A stretch of DNA of 64,000 bases from Cladosporium halotolerans (Eukaryota): the NCBI RefSeq assembly GCF_011745625.1, contig NW_027191463.1, forward strand, positions 1 through 64,000, in the 5' to 3' direction. Below are positions 23,155 through 33,721 of the stretch, one piece after another (the first letter of the stretch is position 1; each line of letters opens with the position of its first letter). Position numbers and translations under genes: made by a program. The notes beneath the pieces were generated by a model that was given only the letters and a program-made list of their open reading frames with translations, was not told where the DNA came from and did no database searches.

Positions 23155-23778
23155 TCAAAAGAACTTAACACCAGCCCCCTCCTCCTGTCCGAAAATCTGC
23201 GCCCTCCCCTTCTTAACCAGAACCCCCAAAACCCTCCTAAGCATCTCCTCCTCCATCCCCACCCACTCCTTCCCCCCGACCGCCTCGCCCTCCCGCAGCT
23301 CATAAACCGTCAGCACCGAGCCCTTCTGCCCCGTCTCGTCGACCCAGCCGTAAATCAAATCCGCCCACTCCGCCAAGCTGCGCCAGTAAATCCACACGGC
23401 CGCGGGGCGCTCCGCGCGCGAGGCGGCGGGGATCCATTCCGCGCGGCCTTGCTGGACCATGTGGTCGAGGACGGCGCGGGTGTCGGGTTCGGAGAGGGCG
23501 CGGTGCAGAGTGGGGTTGGAGAGGAGGTTTGCGGGTGGGGCGGAGAGGGAGAGGCGGAAGAGGCGAGCGTGCGCGGCGTAGGAGAGGATGAGGTTTGTCC
23601 AGAGGGCGAGTTGGCGGGCGCGGGTCGTGAGGTTTGGTTGCAGGGTGTAGAAGGGTGGAAAGCTGGTATAGGAGGGGAGGGTGAAGGTGGCGGAGGAGAG
23701 GTTGGTGGTTGTAGGAGGAGGTGCGTAGGGTGTGGTTGTGAGGCCCGGCGTGGCGGGTGAAGATGTGGCGGTTGCCAT
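23155..23778 (-). CDS. VPS25: ESCRT-II subunit Vps25
   Basis: FPPFYTLQPN..TRARQL..W, VWIYWRS..EWA, SVLTVYEL, GVKFF C-terminus. Likely start MATAT at 23778. Confidence 0.93.
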   Translation of the reverse strand: MATATSSPATPGLTTTPYAPPPTTTNLSSATFTLPSYTSFPPFYTLQPNLTTRARQLALWTNLILSYAAHARLFRLSLSAPPANLLSNPTLHRALSEPDTRAVLDHMVQQGRAEWIPAASRAERPAAVWIYWRSLAEWADLIYGWVDETGQKGSVLTVYELREGEAVGGKEWVGMEEEMLRRVLGVLVKKGRAQIFGQEEGAGVKFF

Positions 23779-24519
23779 GGTGGTGTGGTGTGTCGTGGTC
23801 AGGTTGTGGTTGTGGAGAGTACCGCGATGGCGCGTTTTGGTGGGATGGCGATGATCGCATTGATTGAGGCTCAATCAAAGTTGCGGAGACGTGGGGTTGG
23901 CGGGTCAGGCATTCAGGTTCAGAGAAACAACTTCGCTAGCCCACCTGTAGCATTGCAGGCTGCGACCTACAGATCTGGCAGGCATTCTGAAAAGGCAAAA
24001 TCCTAACAAGATGTATAAACTAGCCTCGGTGGGCGATATCAAGAGTACGACGAGCACATGGGAGACATGAGACCATAGACGGAAAATAAAACAAAATACA
24101 TTAAAAGCAAAACCCCTAGAGAAAACATCACATCAGAACCAAACAAATGCACCCAAAAGCAATCAAAGCGTCACATTGCTCCCAGTACGCCTGCGGCCTG
24201 CGGCTTGCTCGTCGCCTTGGCCTTTTGCTTGCTGCCGCTCGAGATCCTTGCTCTTGCAGCCCGCTAAAAGTTCGTCCCAGTCGCCCTTGGGCTTCGGCGG
24301 GGCGGATGCCACGGACATGGAGCTGTCGCAGGCAGCGCCAAGGCGCATGAGCGGGTTGCCACGGTTGCGCTGGAGCTGTGGTGTTCCTGCACGGGTGCCT
24401 CCCTGCGAGAGCAGGTCATTGCTGCTGTTGTTGCGGGAGAGGCCGTTCATGGGGGTGGCAGTTCTGTCCTCTGTGTGTTCCTCAAACTCCGTGCGCCCTC
24501 GTGTCTCATTAGCGTCTTC

Positions 24520-25458
24520 CTAGCTGGCTTGGACTTCTTTTGCCTGTCGCTGCGCGAGCTCGGAATTCTCGGGTGCCTGTCGGTAGAGGACGATCTCGCT
24601 CTGCTTGAAGTAGCGGCGGGCGTCTTCGTCGATCAGAACCAGAGAGAGGTAGTAGCGTGTGCTATACTTCTTGTTCACGTCGCGGAAGGTAGGCGTCAGG
24701 TCAAAGCCACCGAGGAAGAGACGGATGGGTATCGTTTCGCCGCGCGAGGGCGAGCCGTCCATGATCTCGAAGCGGACAAGCGTCTCTGATTCGTTATACT
24801 GATTGGGAGGGACTCCAGTAGTTTCGCGGCGAATGATTGAAAGCTCCATGTGCTTGATCTTTAACCGCACCAGAAGGAAGTAAATGCGGCCAACAATGAC
24901 ATCCTTGAGATGGTACTTGCTCTTGGAGTATTCGAACTCGATGTGCAAGCAGTCCTCGATACCGACGTCCATCTTGATCACACTGTTGCTCTCGGGCGGT
25001 TGTCGGTAACTGTATACCCAGAGGTCCTTTTCCCGCACCACGTCTGCCATGCGCCGGCTGACCGTCACTCGCAGGAAGTAGCGCAGTTTTACGTTAATGC
25101 CATTGTAGCTCTCGTACATCTTCTCGACATTCTTGAAGGCGAACGGCAGGGTGACTGGGTGTTGCAGCTCACCCGGCGCAGCCAGTTCGGTCTGAAGGCC
25201 CATGAACTCATGATGTGTGTTGCGGTCGAAGAACATCTCAATCGTGCCGATGAATTGGATCTTGATACCGGTGTGCTCCAACCGCTTTCCATCCTTGGGC
25301 CGAATGGTGACGGCACCCTTGACCGTCTCTCCATCGAGGTACAGCGGCGCCTTCTCGCGTCTGTTCTTGTCGAGCTTGACGTCTACGGACGGTCGGTCAT
25401 CGGTGTCGGCGAGGACGATGTCGATGTCCAGCGGGGTTGAGAAAGAAAACAGCGACAT
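24520..25458 (-). CDS. VPS26: Retromer subunit Vps26
   Basis: GKRLEHTGIK, YESYNGINVKLRYF, IKMDVGIEDCLHIEFEYSKSKYHLKD, RRYFKQSEI. Start MSLFSF at 25458. Confidence 0.96.
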   Translation of the reverse strand: MSLFSFSTPLDIDIVLADTDDRPSVDVKLDKNRREKAPLYLDGETVKGAVTIRPKDGKRLEHTGIKIQFIGTIEMFFDRNTHHEFMGLQTELAAPGELQHPVTLPFAFKNVEKMYESYNGINVKLRYFLRVTVSRRMADVVREKDLWVYSYRQPPESNSVIKMDVGIEDCLHIEFEYSKSKYHLKDVIVGRIYFLLVRLKIKHMELSIIRRETTGVPPNQYNESETLVRFEIMDGSPSRGETIPIRLFLGGFDLTPTFRDVNKKYSTRYYLSLVLIDEDARRYFKQSEIVLYRQAPENSELAQRQAKEVQAS

Positions 25459-26138
25459 GTTGGCATTCGGGCGCGTCGCCTGCCCGCTCTTGAGTGTGTC
25501 GTAGCAGCTAAAGGGTCGGCGGGTGTTGTAGAGGCAGGCTGATGGTGTTTCCAATGCGATTGTATGCCGCCTGAACGGCTGGCTGGCTGGCTGCCAGCTT
25601 GCACGCGGAAGCTGGGACCAACCCCCCTCCTCGGCCCGTGAAGACCGCCCTCCGCCTTCGCAAGCTGGACGTCGCCCGGCAGTCTTCGCCGATGGAGGCC
25701 GACAAATGATTGCAACAGTGCTGGCCGCGATTGTCGTTGCACACGATCTTGTCTGCGAGTATTCAGACTACGACGATGGGCTCAATGCCCGTCAGAACTC
25801 TCATCGATATTGCCACCTGCCACGGCTGACTGCACCATAAATGCATGCCGGGGTTGCCCTAGTTGCCCTCATGCGCCAGGTCAAATAAAAGCTAAGCTCA
25901 GACGTTTCTCAATGGTGTGATAATTTGGGCTCGACGAAATATGACTGTGTCGCGTGCACACCTAGGAATAAAATCACTCGTTGAATATACGATCAATATC
26001 CTGTGGTAAATATTGCTTGGAAAATCACTGTATCTTCGAATCAAGGGCAATTGGCCAGAATAGAAAAAACTTGAAAATCATTCGGAGACGGACAAAATCA
26101 ATATATCAACGACGATCACCTCACACCAAAACGCCACC

Positions 26139-27098
26139 ATGCTCTCCCCCACCGACCTCACCGCCCTCCTAGCAAACAACAGAAGCCTCATCATCGACGG
26201 CGCCCTCGCAACCGAGCTCGAAACCCGCGGCCACGACCTCTCGCACGTCCTCTGGTCCGGCAAGACCCTCCTCGAAGACCCCGACAGCATCCGCCAAGTG
26301 CACCTGGACTACTTCCTCGCCGGCGCCGACGTCGCCATCACCGCCTCCTACCAAGCCAGCATCCGCGGCCTCTCCGAGCACCTCTCGCTCTCCGAAGCCC
26401 AGGGCCGCGACCTCGTCGCCCGCTCCGCCACCCTCGCGCAAGAAGCCCGCGACCAAGCCTACGCCGCCGGCGTGCCGGCCTCCCGCAGCCTCCTCGTCGC
26501 CGGCAGCGTAGGGCCGTACGGCGCCTACCTCGCCGACGGCTCCGAGTACCGCGGCGACTACGTCTGCACGGCGCAGGAATTCCAGGCCTTCCACCGCCCG
26601 CGCATCGCGGCCCTGCTGGCCGCGGGCGTCGACCTGCTCGCGCTCGAGACGATCCCCAGCTTCCCCGAGCTCAAAGCCCTCCTCACTCTGCTCCAGACCG
26701 AGTTCCCGAGCGCAACCGCCTGGCTGGGAATCACGCTCGCGACGCCCACGACGCTCAGCGACGGGACGGCGCTGTCCGAAGTTCTCGGTTTCGTCTCGCA
26801 GTATCCTCAGCAGATCCTGTCGTTCGGCCTGAACTGCGTGCCGCCGCAGAAGGCTCTGGAGTCGCTGCAGCACCTGCGGACGCTCACTGAGCTGCCGCTG
26901 CTCTGCTACCCGAACAGCGGCGAGACATACGTGGCGGGCGAGCACGCGTGGACCGGCGAACGGTCGACGGGGCAGGCGATGCGGGAATCGGCGGGGAGGT
27001 TCCGGGAGGCGGGCGCGAAGTTGATCGGTGGGTGCTGCAGGACGACGCCGGAGGATATTGGGAATATGGCTGTGGCGTTGAATGGGGAGCTGAAGTGA
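26139..27098 (+). CDS. Homocysteine S-methyltransferase (Sam4/Mht1/MmuM family)
   Basis: IDGALATELE, VAGSVGPYGAYLADGSEYRG, GLNC, YPNSGE, IGGCCRT zinc ligands. Confidence 0.95.
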   Translation: MLSPTDLTALLANNRSLIIDGALATELETRGHDLSHVLWSGKTLLEDPDSIRQVHLDYFLAGADVAITASYQASIRGLSEHLSLSEAQGRDLVARSATLAQEARDQAYAAGVPASRSLLVAGSVGPYGAYLADGSEYRGDYVCTAQEFQAFHRPRIAALLAAGVDLLALETIPSFPELKALLTLLQTEFPSATAWLGITLATPTTLSDGTALSEVLGFVSQYPQQILSFGLNCVPPQKALESLQHLRTLTELPLLCYPNSGETYVAGEHAWTGERSTGQAMRESAGRFREAGAKLIGGCCRTTPEDIGNMAVALNGELK

Positions 27099-28257
27099 AA
27101 TGGGGTACAGTGGCATGCGAGAGATTGCGAGGGTGAGGATGGAGGAGTTGAAGCGTATAGGACGAGGGTTGGGGAGTGGGCGTTGTGTGCTGGAGGGTTG
27201 TGAATTTGCATTATGCGTTGGATGAGTCAATGACAGAACAGAGAACGAGGAATGTACTAGTGCATGCCCCTAAGAAATCATAAGAACCAAGATATCGATT
27301 TTTCATTATAAGATCTGCTCGTTGATGACTAAGAGTATTGACGAACCAGATGGCGCTATAGGAGAGAAGAGATGTTTCCGAGCGAAAAATCCCAAACGCA
27401 CAGAGTACCGGGCAAATGATAAGAGGGTGAAGCTGCCGCCGACTTCTCCTCGCAAGAATGCCAAACTAGCAATCACCCTTTGGCACCGACATGGAACCAG
27501 GTTTGATGAAGAATTCAAGGTGCAATAGAGCTCAGAGCCGGTCATTGTGTCGGGTGTGATTCGATCGTATGCTTGGTGACGAGACGCGCAAAGGGGACAA
27601 GGGGGAATCAAGCACAAATGAGCATCGCAATCTGGAAACTCCAAGCAGGACATCAGAAGAAATGAAAGAAGAAGGAAAAGAAGCAAGAACGCAACAATCT
27701 GGGGGTATATCCGACTCTGAGTAAAGACAACAAAGTCACAAAAGAGATGGTCGCAACGCGAGCACAGACAAAAGAATCCAGAAAGGTATCCGCCGCCATT
27801 TCCGCCCTCAATCCGAAAACAAATCCATCCTTTCCCATCGCTCACGCTAGATCGCTCTAGCTCTGCTGTTTCCCTCTCTCGATGTCTGCGCTCGGATGAA
27901 GGTCTTGTGGAAAGCTAGAATGGTGATTCGGGTGCGGAACATGCGACATAGCCATCCAGCCAGGAGAATGAGAAGGGGAACCTGTGCTTGGTGATATAAA
28001 GTTTTGTTTTTTTCGGATTTTCTGCTCTTGAGATGATGTTGCCGGAATGCTTGATGTCAAAGGTGAGGCGAGAGTGCCTCGGTCGAATATGGGCAAGAGA
28101 AGTGTAATCCATGCCGGTGTATGGTGGCGAATTAAAGACGAGCGCCGACGCGGAATCAAGGGTATCATCAGAGTCCGAACATGTTGCAAGGGGTATAGAA
28201 CGTGGAGCTTCGCGTCTTTCTTCGTGCATAGTAATGAGCTCATGATGCGAGGTCGGC

Positions 28258-30276
28258 TTACTGGAAGCCCTGGCCGTATTGTGGCATCGTGCCTGGAGCT
28301 TGCGACCAACTCTGCATACCGGATTGCGGAGCCGTGGTTGCTTGCATACCATACTGCTGAGGTGACGGGCTAGGCTGATACATGCTGCGGTTCATTTGGC
28401 CATAAGAAGGATTTGCCATAGCGTTCATCTGACCATAGCCCATGTTGCCTTGACCGGGCATCTGAGGCGGTAGCATTTGATTTGCCTGCTGCTGCTGTTG
28501 TCCGTACTGCGACATGGGATGCGATTGCGACAACGGTGAAGGCTGAGGCAAGGATGGCTGCCACATCTGGTTTGAAGGGTAACCGCCACCATATGAGGGG
28601 GTCTGGCGATGCTGTTGACCAGGACCCATGTTCATCGACGGCGAGCCTTGGTGCATCGGTCCTGACGGCATGGAACGCTGCATGGCCGAGACCGGCGAAG
28701 GCATCGGGTTCTGCGGGTTGGGAAAGCCAGAATAAGACTGAGGCATCATTTGAGAGCCAGGCTGCGACATGGCGTCATGCTGTGGCAGACGGGGCTGTCC
28801 ACTACCTGCGGCCGCCTGAGGCGACTGCAAGTGCTGCGGCGCGACAGTGTTGATGTCGGCCTCAGCTTGAGTCGCTTGAGGCGACGGCTGTTCATGTGGA
28901 CGCTTCCAGTAGTTATCCAAGTACTGCGAACGGTGCTGGCGCTGAGCACCTAGCTGCTTGTTGTACTCAGCTGCATGAGAGGCTTGAGTCAAAATCTCGT
29001 TCGCACTGCTGGATTGAGTGCGGTCTTGGTAGGGCGGACCTGCAATTTCCTGTCTCGGTCGGATGACGTTTCCGTAACTGCCCGGGCGCAAATCTTCGCT
29101 GGGCAAGTGAATCATTGGTAAGGGCGCAAGAGTTGCAGGGTGCAAGCCTGGTGGGTGCCCGTCAAGACCGTTCGTGTTGTAAATGATCTCGCCCTGAGGC
29201 AAAGACGTCAAGGTGTTGCTGCTCGCTTCTGCAGCTGCAGCCTCCCTGGCTTTCGCTGCGCCGGGCCGCTTCTCTCCAGCGGCGTCCTCTTCGGTGAAAC
29301 CCTGCTTACGAGCTTTCGCCTCCCAGTAATCGTCCCTTACGCGTCGCCCGTTTTCGATCAGCCTTGCACCAAATTGGCGGAACATAGACCGGGCGGTGAC
29401 AATAGCAATTTGTCGCGACCTGTAGGAATAGGGAAGAATTTCCTGCGCGATGAGATTGTCCTTCTCAGTTTGGTTGGCGATGATCTTGAAGAGCGATCTG
29501 TTCTTGTTGAAGAGCAGGTAAGAATCCCTGTAGCCAAGAACGCGGGCGCATTCGGTAGCTAGCATGAAAAGTTTCTCGCCCCTGTTAGGAACTTGAAATG
29601 TTCGACATCTGTACTTTCGGCCGTCCAGAGGGTAGCCATCCTTGGAAACTTTGGTTTCGCCATCTGGATCGGTTTCTCTTGGGATATACTCGTCGCCTTC
29701 GGAATTGAGTTGATCCGTCGTGTGGTCGCGTACAGTCGGCAACGCCTTGACAACGGGAGCTTTCGAAGCAGAGCCAGGAGTCGACCTGTGCGGCGACGTC
29801 TGGCTGGGTGATGATTTTGGCAGAGATTCAGGTTTGATCTGCGGCGTTTGCATCGGTTGCGCAAGTGAGAGCGACATGGTTCGTGACGGGGTGGCGTCGG
29901 CCGTAGCTCTTGTTCTTTTGTTGGATTTGTTGTCGTCTGAACGTGATGTTAGTACGTGTAGGTGTGTTATGTCGCGATGCGACTGCGCTTTGTCGCTGTA
30001 TGACCGCGCGATAAGACGTACCGCCTTGTCCTTCGATACCGACAGCACCGGCGTACTCGTCTGGCGATCTGGTTCGTTTCGTGCCGCGCGGGCTAGGTTG
30101 CGATAGCAGGTTGGGAGCGATCGTGGAGGCTAAACAGAAGAGCGGGTCAGCGAGAGAAGCAGTCGACGGCGACGCGACCGCAGGACAGCACGGCGGGCAG
30201 CGTCGCATTGCGCGGGCGGGCAGCAGGACGTACCGGAAGCGTTCAGTGCTGCTGGATTGATTGTACCAGACTCCAT
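28258..30276 (-). CDS. NPL6: RSC chromatin-remodelling subunit Npl6/Rsc7
   Basis: Exons 30276-30234, 30129-30022 and 29936-28258 (MESGTINPAALN...). Core FMLATECARVLGYRDSYLLF..VTARSMFRQFG..RVRDDYWE; Q/M/P-rich tail. Confidence 0.88.
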
Positions 30277-33200
30277 TGCACGTGTAGATGGTTGCAGGCA
30301 AGGCTACCAGCATCCCATCCCGTCGCGCCTTTACCGGGTTGCTCGACGTCGCACAGTCGACTTCGGTATCCGTCCTTGTGCGCTGAATCACGCGCCAGTG
30401 GCGCTGGACTCGACCCGCCGCCGTGGCCGCGAGGGCGAGAGGCGCTGGCGGTGCGCGCGCAGACGGGCGCAGGACGAGGCCTGGGAGCGTGGGCGGGCGT
30501 GCGAGCTGGGCAGCCGGCGGGCAGGCAAGGCGGCACGCGCGCGGCGGTGTCGGGACGTGAGCACGGCGTGGGCCAGGCGAGGCGGCGGTCGCGGGCGCGG
30601 TGGGCGCTGTCGCAGTCGCTGCTGTCGCGGGCGCTGCGATCGTGCGTGGTGCAGGGAGCGGGCGCGGAAGAGGCCGGGATGGGTCGCGATGCGCAAGCAA
30701 GGTGGTGTGCGGTCGGCGAAGTCGAGGTGATGGACTGGAAAGCGCGCGCGGGCGGGAGCTCCCACAATGACGAAGGCTGTTGCGCCGCGGTGCTTTGCTC
30801 AAGGCTCAGGCGCTCCGGCGGCCTGCCCCCGCTGCCTGCGAGCGATCGCCGTCTGACCCTGCGCGCCACCAGCAGACGCAGCCTTGCAGCCTCGGAGCCC
30901 CGTCCTCACACGCTGCGCGAGCGCTGCGTGCAGTGCGTGCGCGTCGGCTCTGGACGCGGCCGTGCGTGCGTGCCTGAGGGCCTGGCGACGGCGACGGCGC
31001 CGGTGCGAGCGGTGAAAAGGGCTGCGCGACGCTTGGCCACCACGAGTTACACACGCTGGTCTGGCGGACGTAAGGGAGCCCGCGGCCTGCTGTCTCGCCC
31101 GGCGCGCTGCAAGGAGGCCGTCTCAGGGCGTGCGTAGATGCGGAGCAGTCGTCCTCTGATCCTCGAGCCCGTCCTCCAGGGCGCAGGTGTGCGCGGTGCC
31201 GGCGAGACGGGTATCTGGGTTGGCGCTTCCCTGGCCTCGCGCGTGCGCAGCCAGGATCAGGATGGGTATAAGCTCTCGGCCGACTGCGGTCTGCCTGTCG
31301 CGGGAGGCAGAAAATGGGCTCACTCCGTTGCGGCGCGCCCTTCCCGTCTGGAGTCGACCACTGTTTGCAAAAGGCTTGCTGGGTAGATCCGGGTGTGGGC
31401 ACTAGACGGCAGCGAATGGGCGGGGTGCACGTACGCAGCGATGAGGGTGCAGGATCGGAGGGTGCTGGTCCCTCTCTCCAAACGCCTCTCGCCGTCCTAT
31501 ATACGCGCGCGCGAGAGGCAAGGCTATCTGGCATTATCCGACGCGACTGACCCTGCCCGTCCTGGCACCGAAGGACCACTCACAGTTCGAAGGTCGAGCT
31601 CACAGGCGTCTTAAGCATGTCTCACATATGCATGACTCCCCATAAAGCTTGCTATATTACTGTAAGACGTGACGACGATCCAGCGCGTAGACATGTAGAC
31701 GTCCGCGCGCGCGCCTTCTTCCCAGTCGCAGATCCGCCGGCTTGACGTCTTGCCATCGACGTAGGGTCATCTGGCCGCGAAACCCTCTCTGCGCCTAAGA
31801 CGCCATCGCCGTCGACGCTATCTTCCACGCCCTCCCGAAAAGCCCTCTCAATCTCCCCATCCTCTCGCTGCTAGGCTCGGAAGAATTCTAGTGGCGCAGT
31901 TATCGAAAGACTCTGCATGCGCCCGCCGGGCTGTCATTGGCCTCGACTCCATCGCCTTTATCCCTCGCTTGGAAAACGCATCACCGCGACGCAAACATTC
32001 CGCAAACAGCGGGCAGTCCAGCGCGAGCTGCGATCGGTAAAGTACCTCACTACCTTGACCTACGCCTCGCAATCGCAAAAACCCTGCTTCCAAGGTTCCT
32101 AATCGCCGGGGCGCGCGGCAGGCCGTCGTCGCGGTGGCCTCTGTCGGCTACGGAGCAGCCACGCCCACGCCCGCCGCGGCCTCATGCAGGCAGCCGCGCG
32201 CGCAAAAGCTCACAAGCTCAGCGCAGAGGCGACCGGGGCTCCACGCGGTCGCGAAAGGTCATACGGCCTGCCTGCCATCGCCCAGGCAGTCACAGTAACG
32301 TCGCCGCCCGCGCCGCGAGTCAGTCGCGCTGCTACCTTCGTGTCCGCTCGTCATCGACTCTTGCGACTGCGCGCCGTCTGGTTGGTCGTGGGCGCGCTGC
32401 AGGGCCAAATATAATATCGTCCCCTCACGCCTGCTACTCAAGCTTGTCTCGCAGCCTACGCCCGAACTAGCGATTCCGCTAGCGATCCTCGCCCGGCCGC
32501 GACCAACTCGCGACCGATGATGCGCGCTGCGTCGCTCCGCCTCGTCTCGTCTCGTCTCGCCTCAGCTCGTCCTTCGTTCGGTCGGCTTGCCGGCCGCCGC
32601 CTGCTTCTGCTGCGCATCCGAGAGCCCAGCCAAGCCTCTTCCGCTCCGTCGCAGCGACCCAAGATGTCCACCTACCGTTTTAGCAGCTGCCTCTCGCCCC
32701 GGCACCTGCCTTATCGCCCGCCCGCCCGCCCGCCGATCAGCGATCGCAGCCGACACTACGACTCCAGCCGGGCGATGACTCCGGGCCTGTCCAGGGCCCA
32801 GTCTCAAATAGCACGTAACCTACTTCCAAAAGTACGAAGCCCGCGTCTCCATCAACGCCCGACCCGGACACGCGCGCGCGCGAACCCAGCCCGCCAAGCG
32901 CTCGCCGCCTCAGCACGCGATCACACGACGTCTCGCGCCCTTGCCCTGCTCCCCGAACCTCAGTCGCGAGAGCCGCGTGCAGCGCGCGGCGCGGGCGAAT
33001 CAGGGCACCGGCAAGCGCTCGATCTCGTCCCCGAGTGGGCGACGGCGAGGCGGGCGCGCGCTGCAAAGCGTAATCGTGGCGTTCTTGCGGTCTGCGATGC
33101 GGATTTGTGGGCGGCGGGGCAAGCGAGGTTTGTTTTTCCTGCGTTGCCGGCTGGATGCGCTGATGACTGAGCTGTGGGCGCCGGTAGTTATTGCTCGTGC

Positions 33201-33721
33201 CGTGCTGGAGATGTGAGGTAAGTTAGGTGGGCAGGTAGCGTTCTGTCCATCTCTGAGAGCACCTTGTGGGCAGTAGTGCGTGGCTTCGAGGTTTCTGTCT
33301 GCCCGTGGCTGGTGCTCTGGATCTGATACGCTCAGTTCCGTCGCGCTCGCCTCGTGATAGGGCATGTCTGGTACTCTTATGCAGATTAGAGTTCTGCTGA
33401 ACCAGAAAGTAGGTGAAGTCACTAGACTTCTTCTTCAGCAGGGACTGGGATTGTAGATGTGACAGTGGCTGCTTAGGCGCATGGTGCTGACGGTGATTCT
33501 CGGTTCAATGGGGGCTGTGAGGCGAGGCGAGGTAAACAGAGCACGATCATGCAAATCTCATTCGCTGCAATTTTCCGTCAGGTTATCATTATGTACATGT
33601 GGGACGTGATGCGAAAGACATCAAAGCATGCGAAAGACGAACCCGAACTCCGAAGGACGCGATATCCCAGCGCCACATCAGCGGACTTGCCGGTTGCCGT
33701 CGCGAGCCTGCATGGGGGAAC

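Noticed and set aside
29828..33420. Arg/Ala/Pro-rich ORFs of 150-320 aa
   Set aside because: Expected in very GC-rich DNA and overlapping in all frames. Only the small NPL6 exons are supported.
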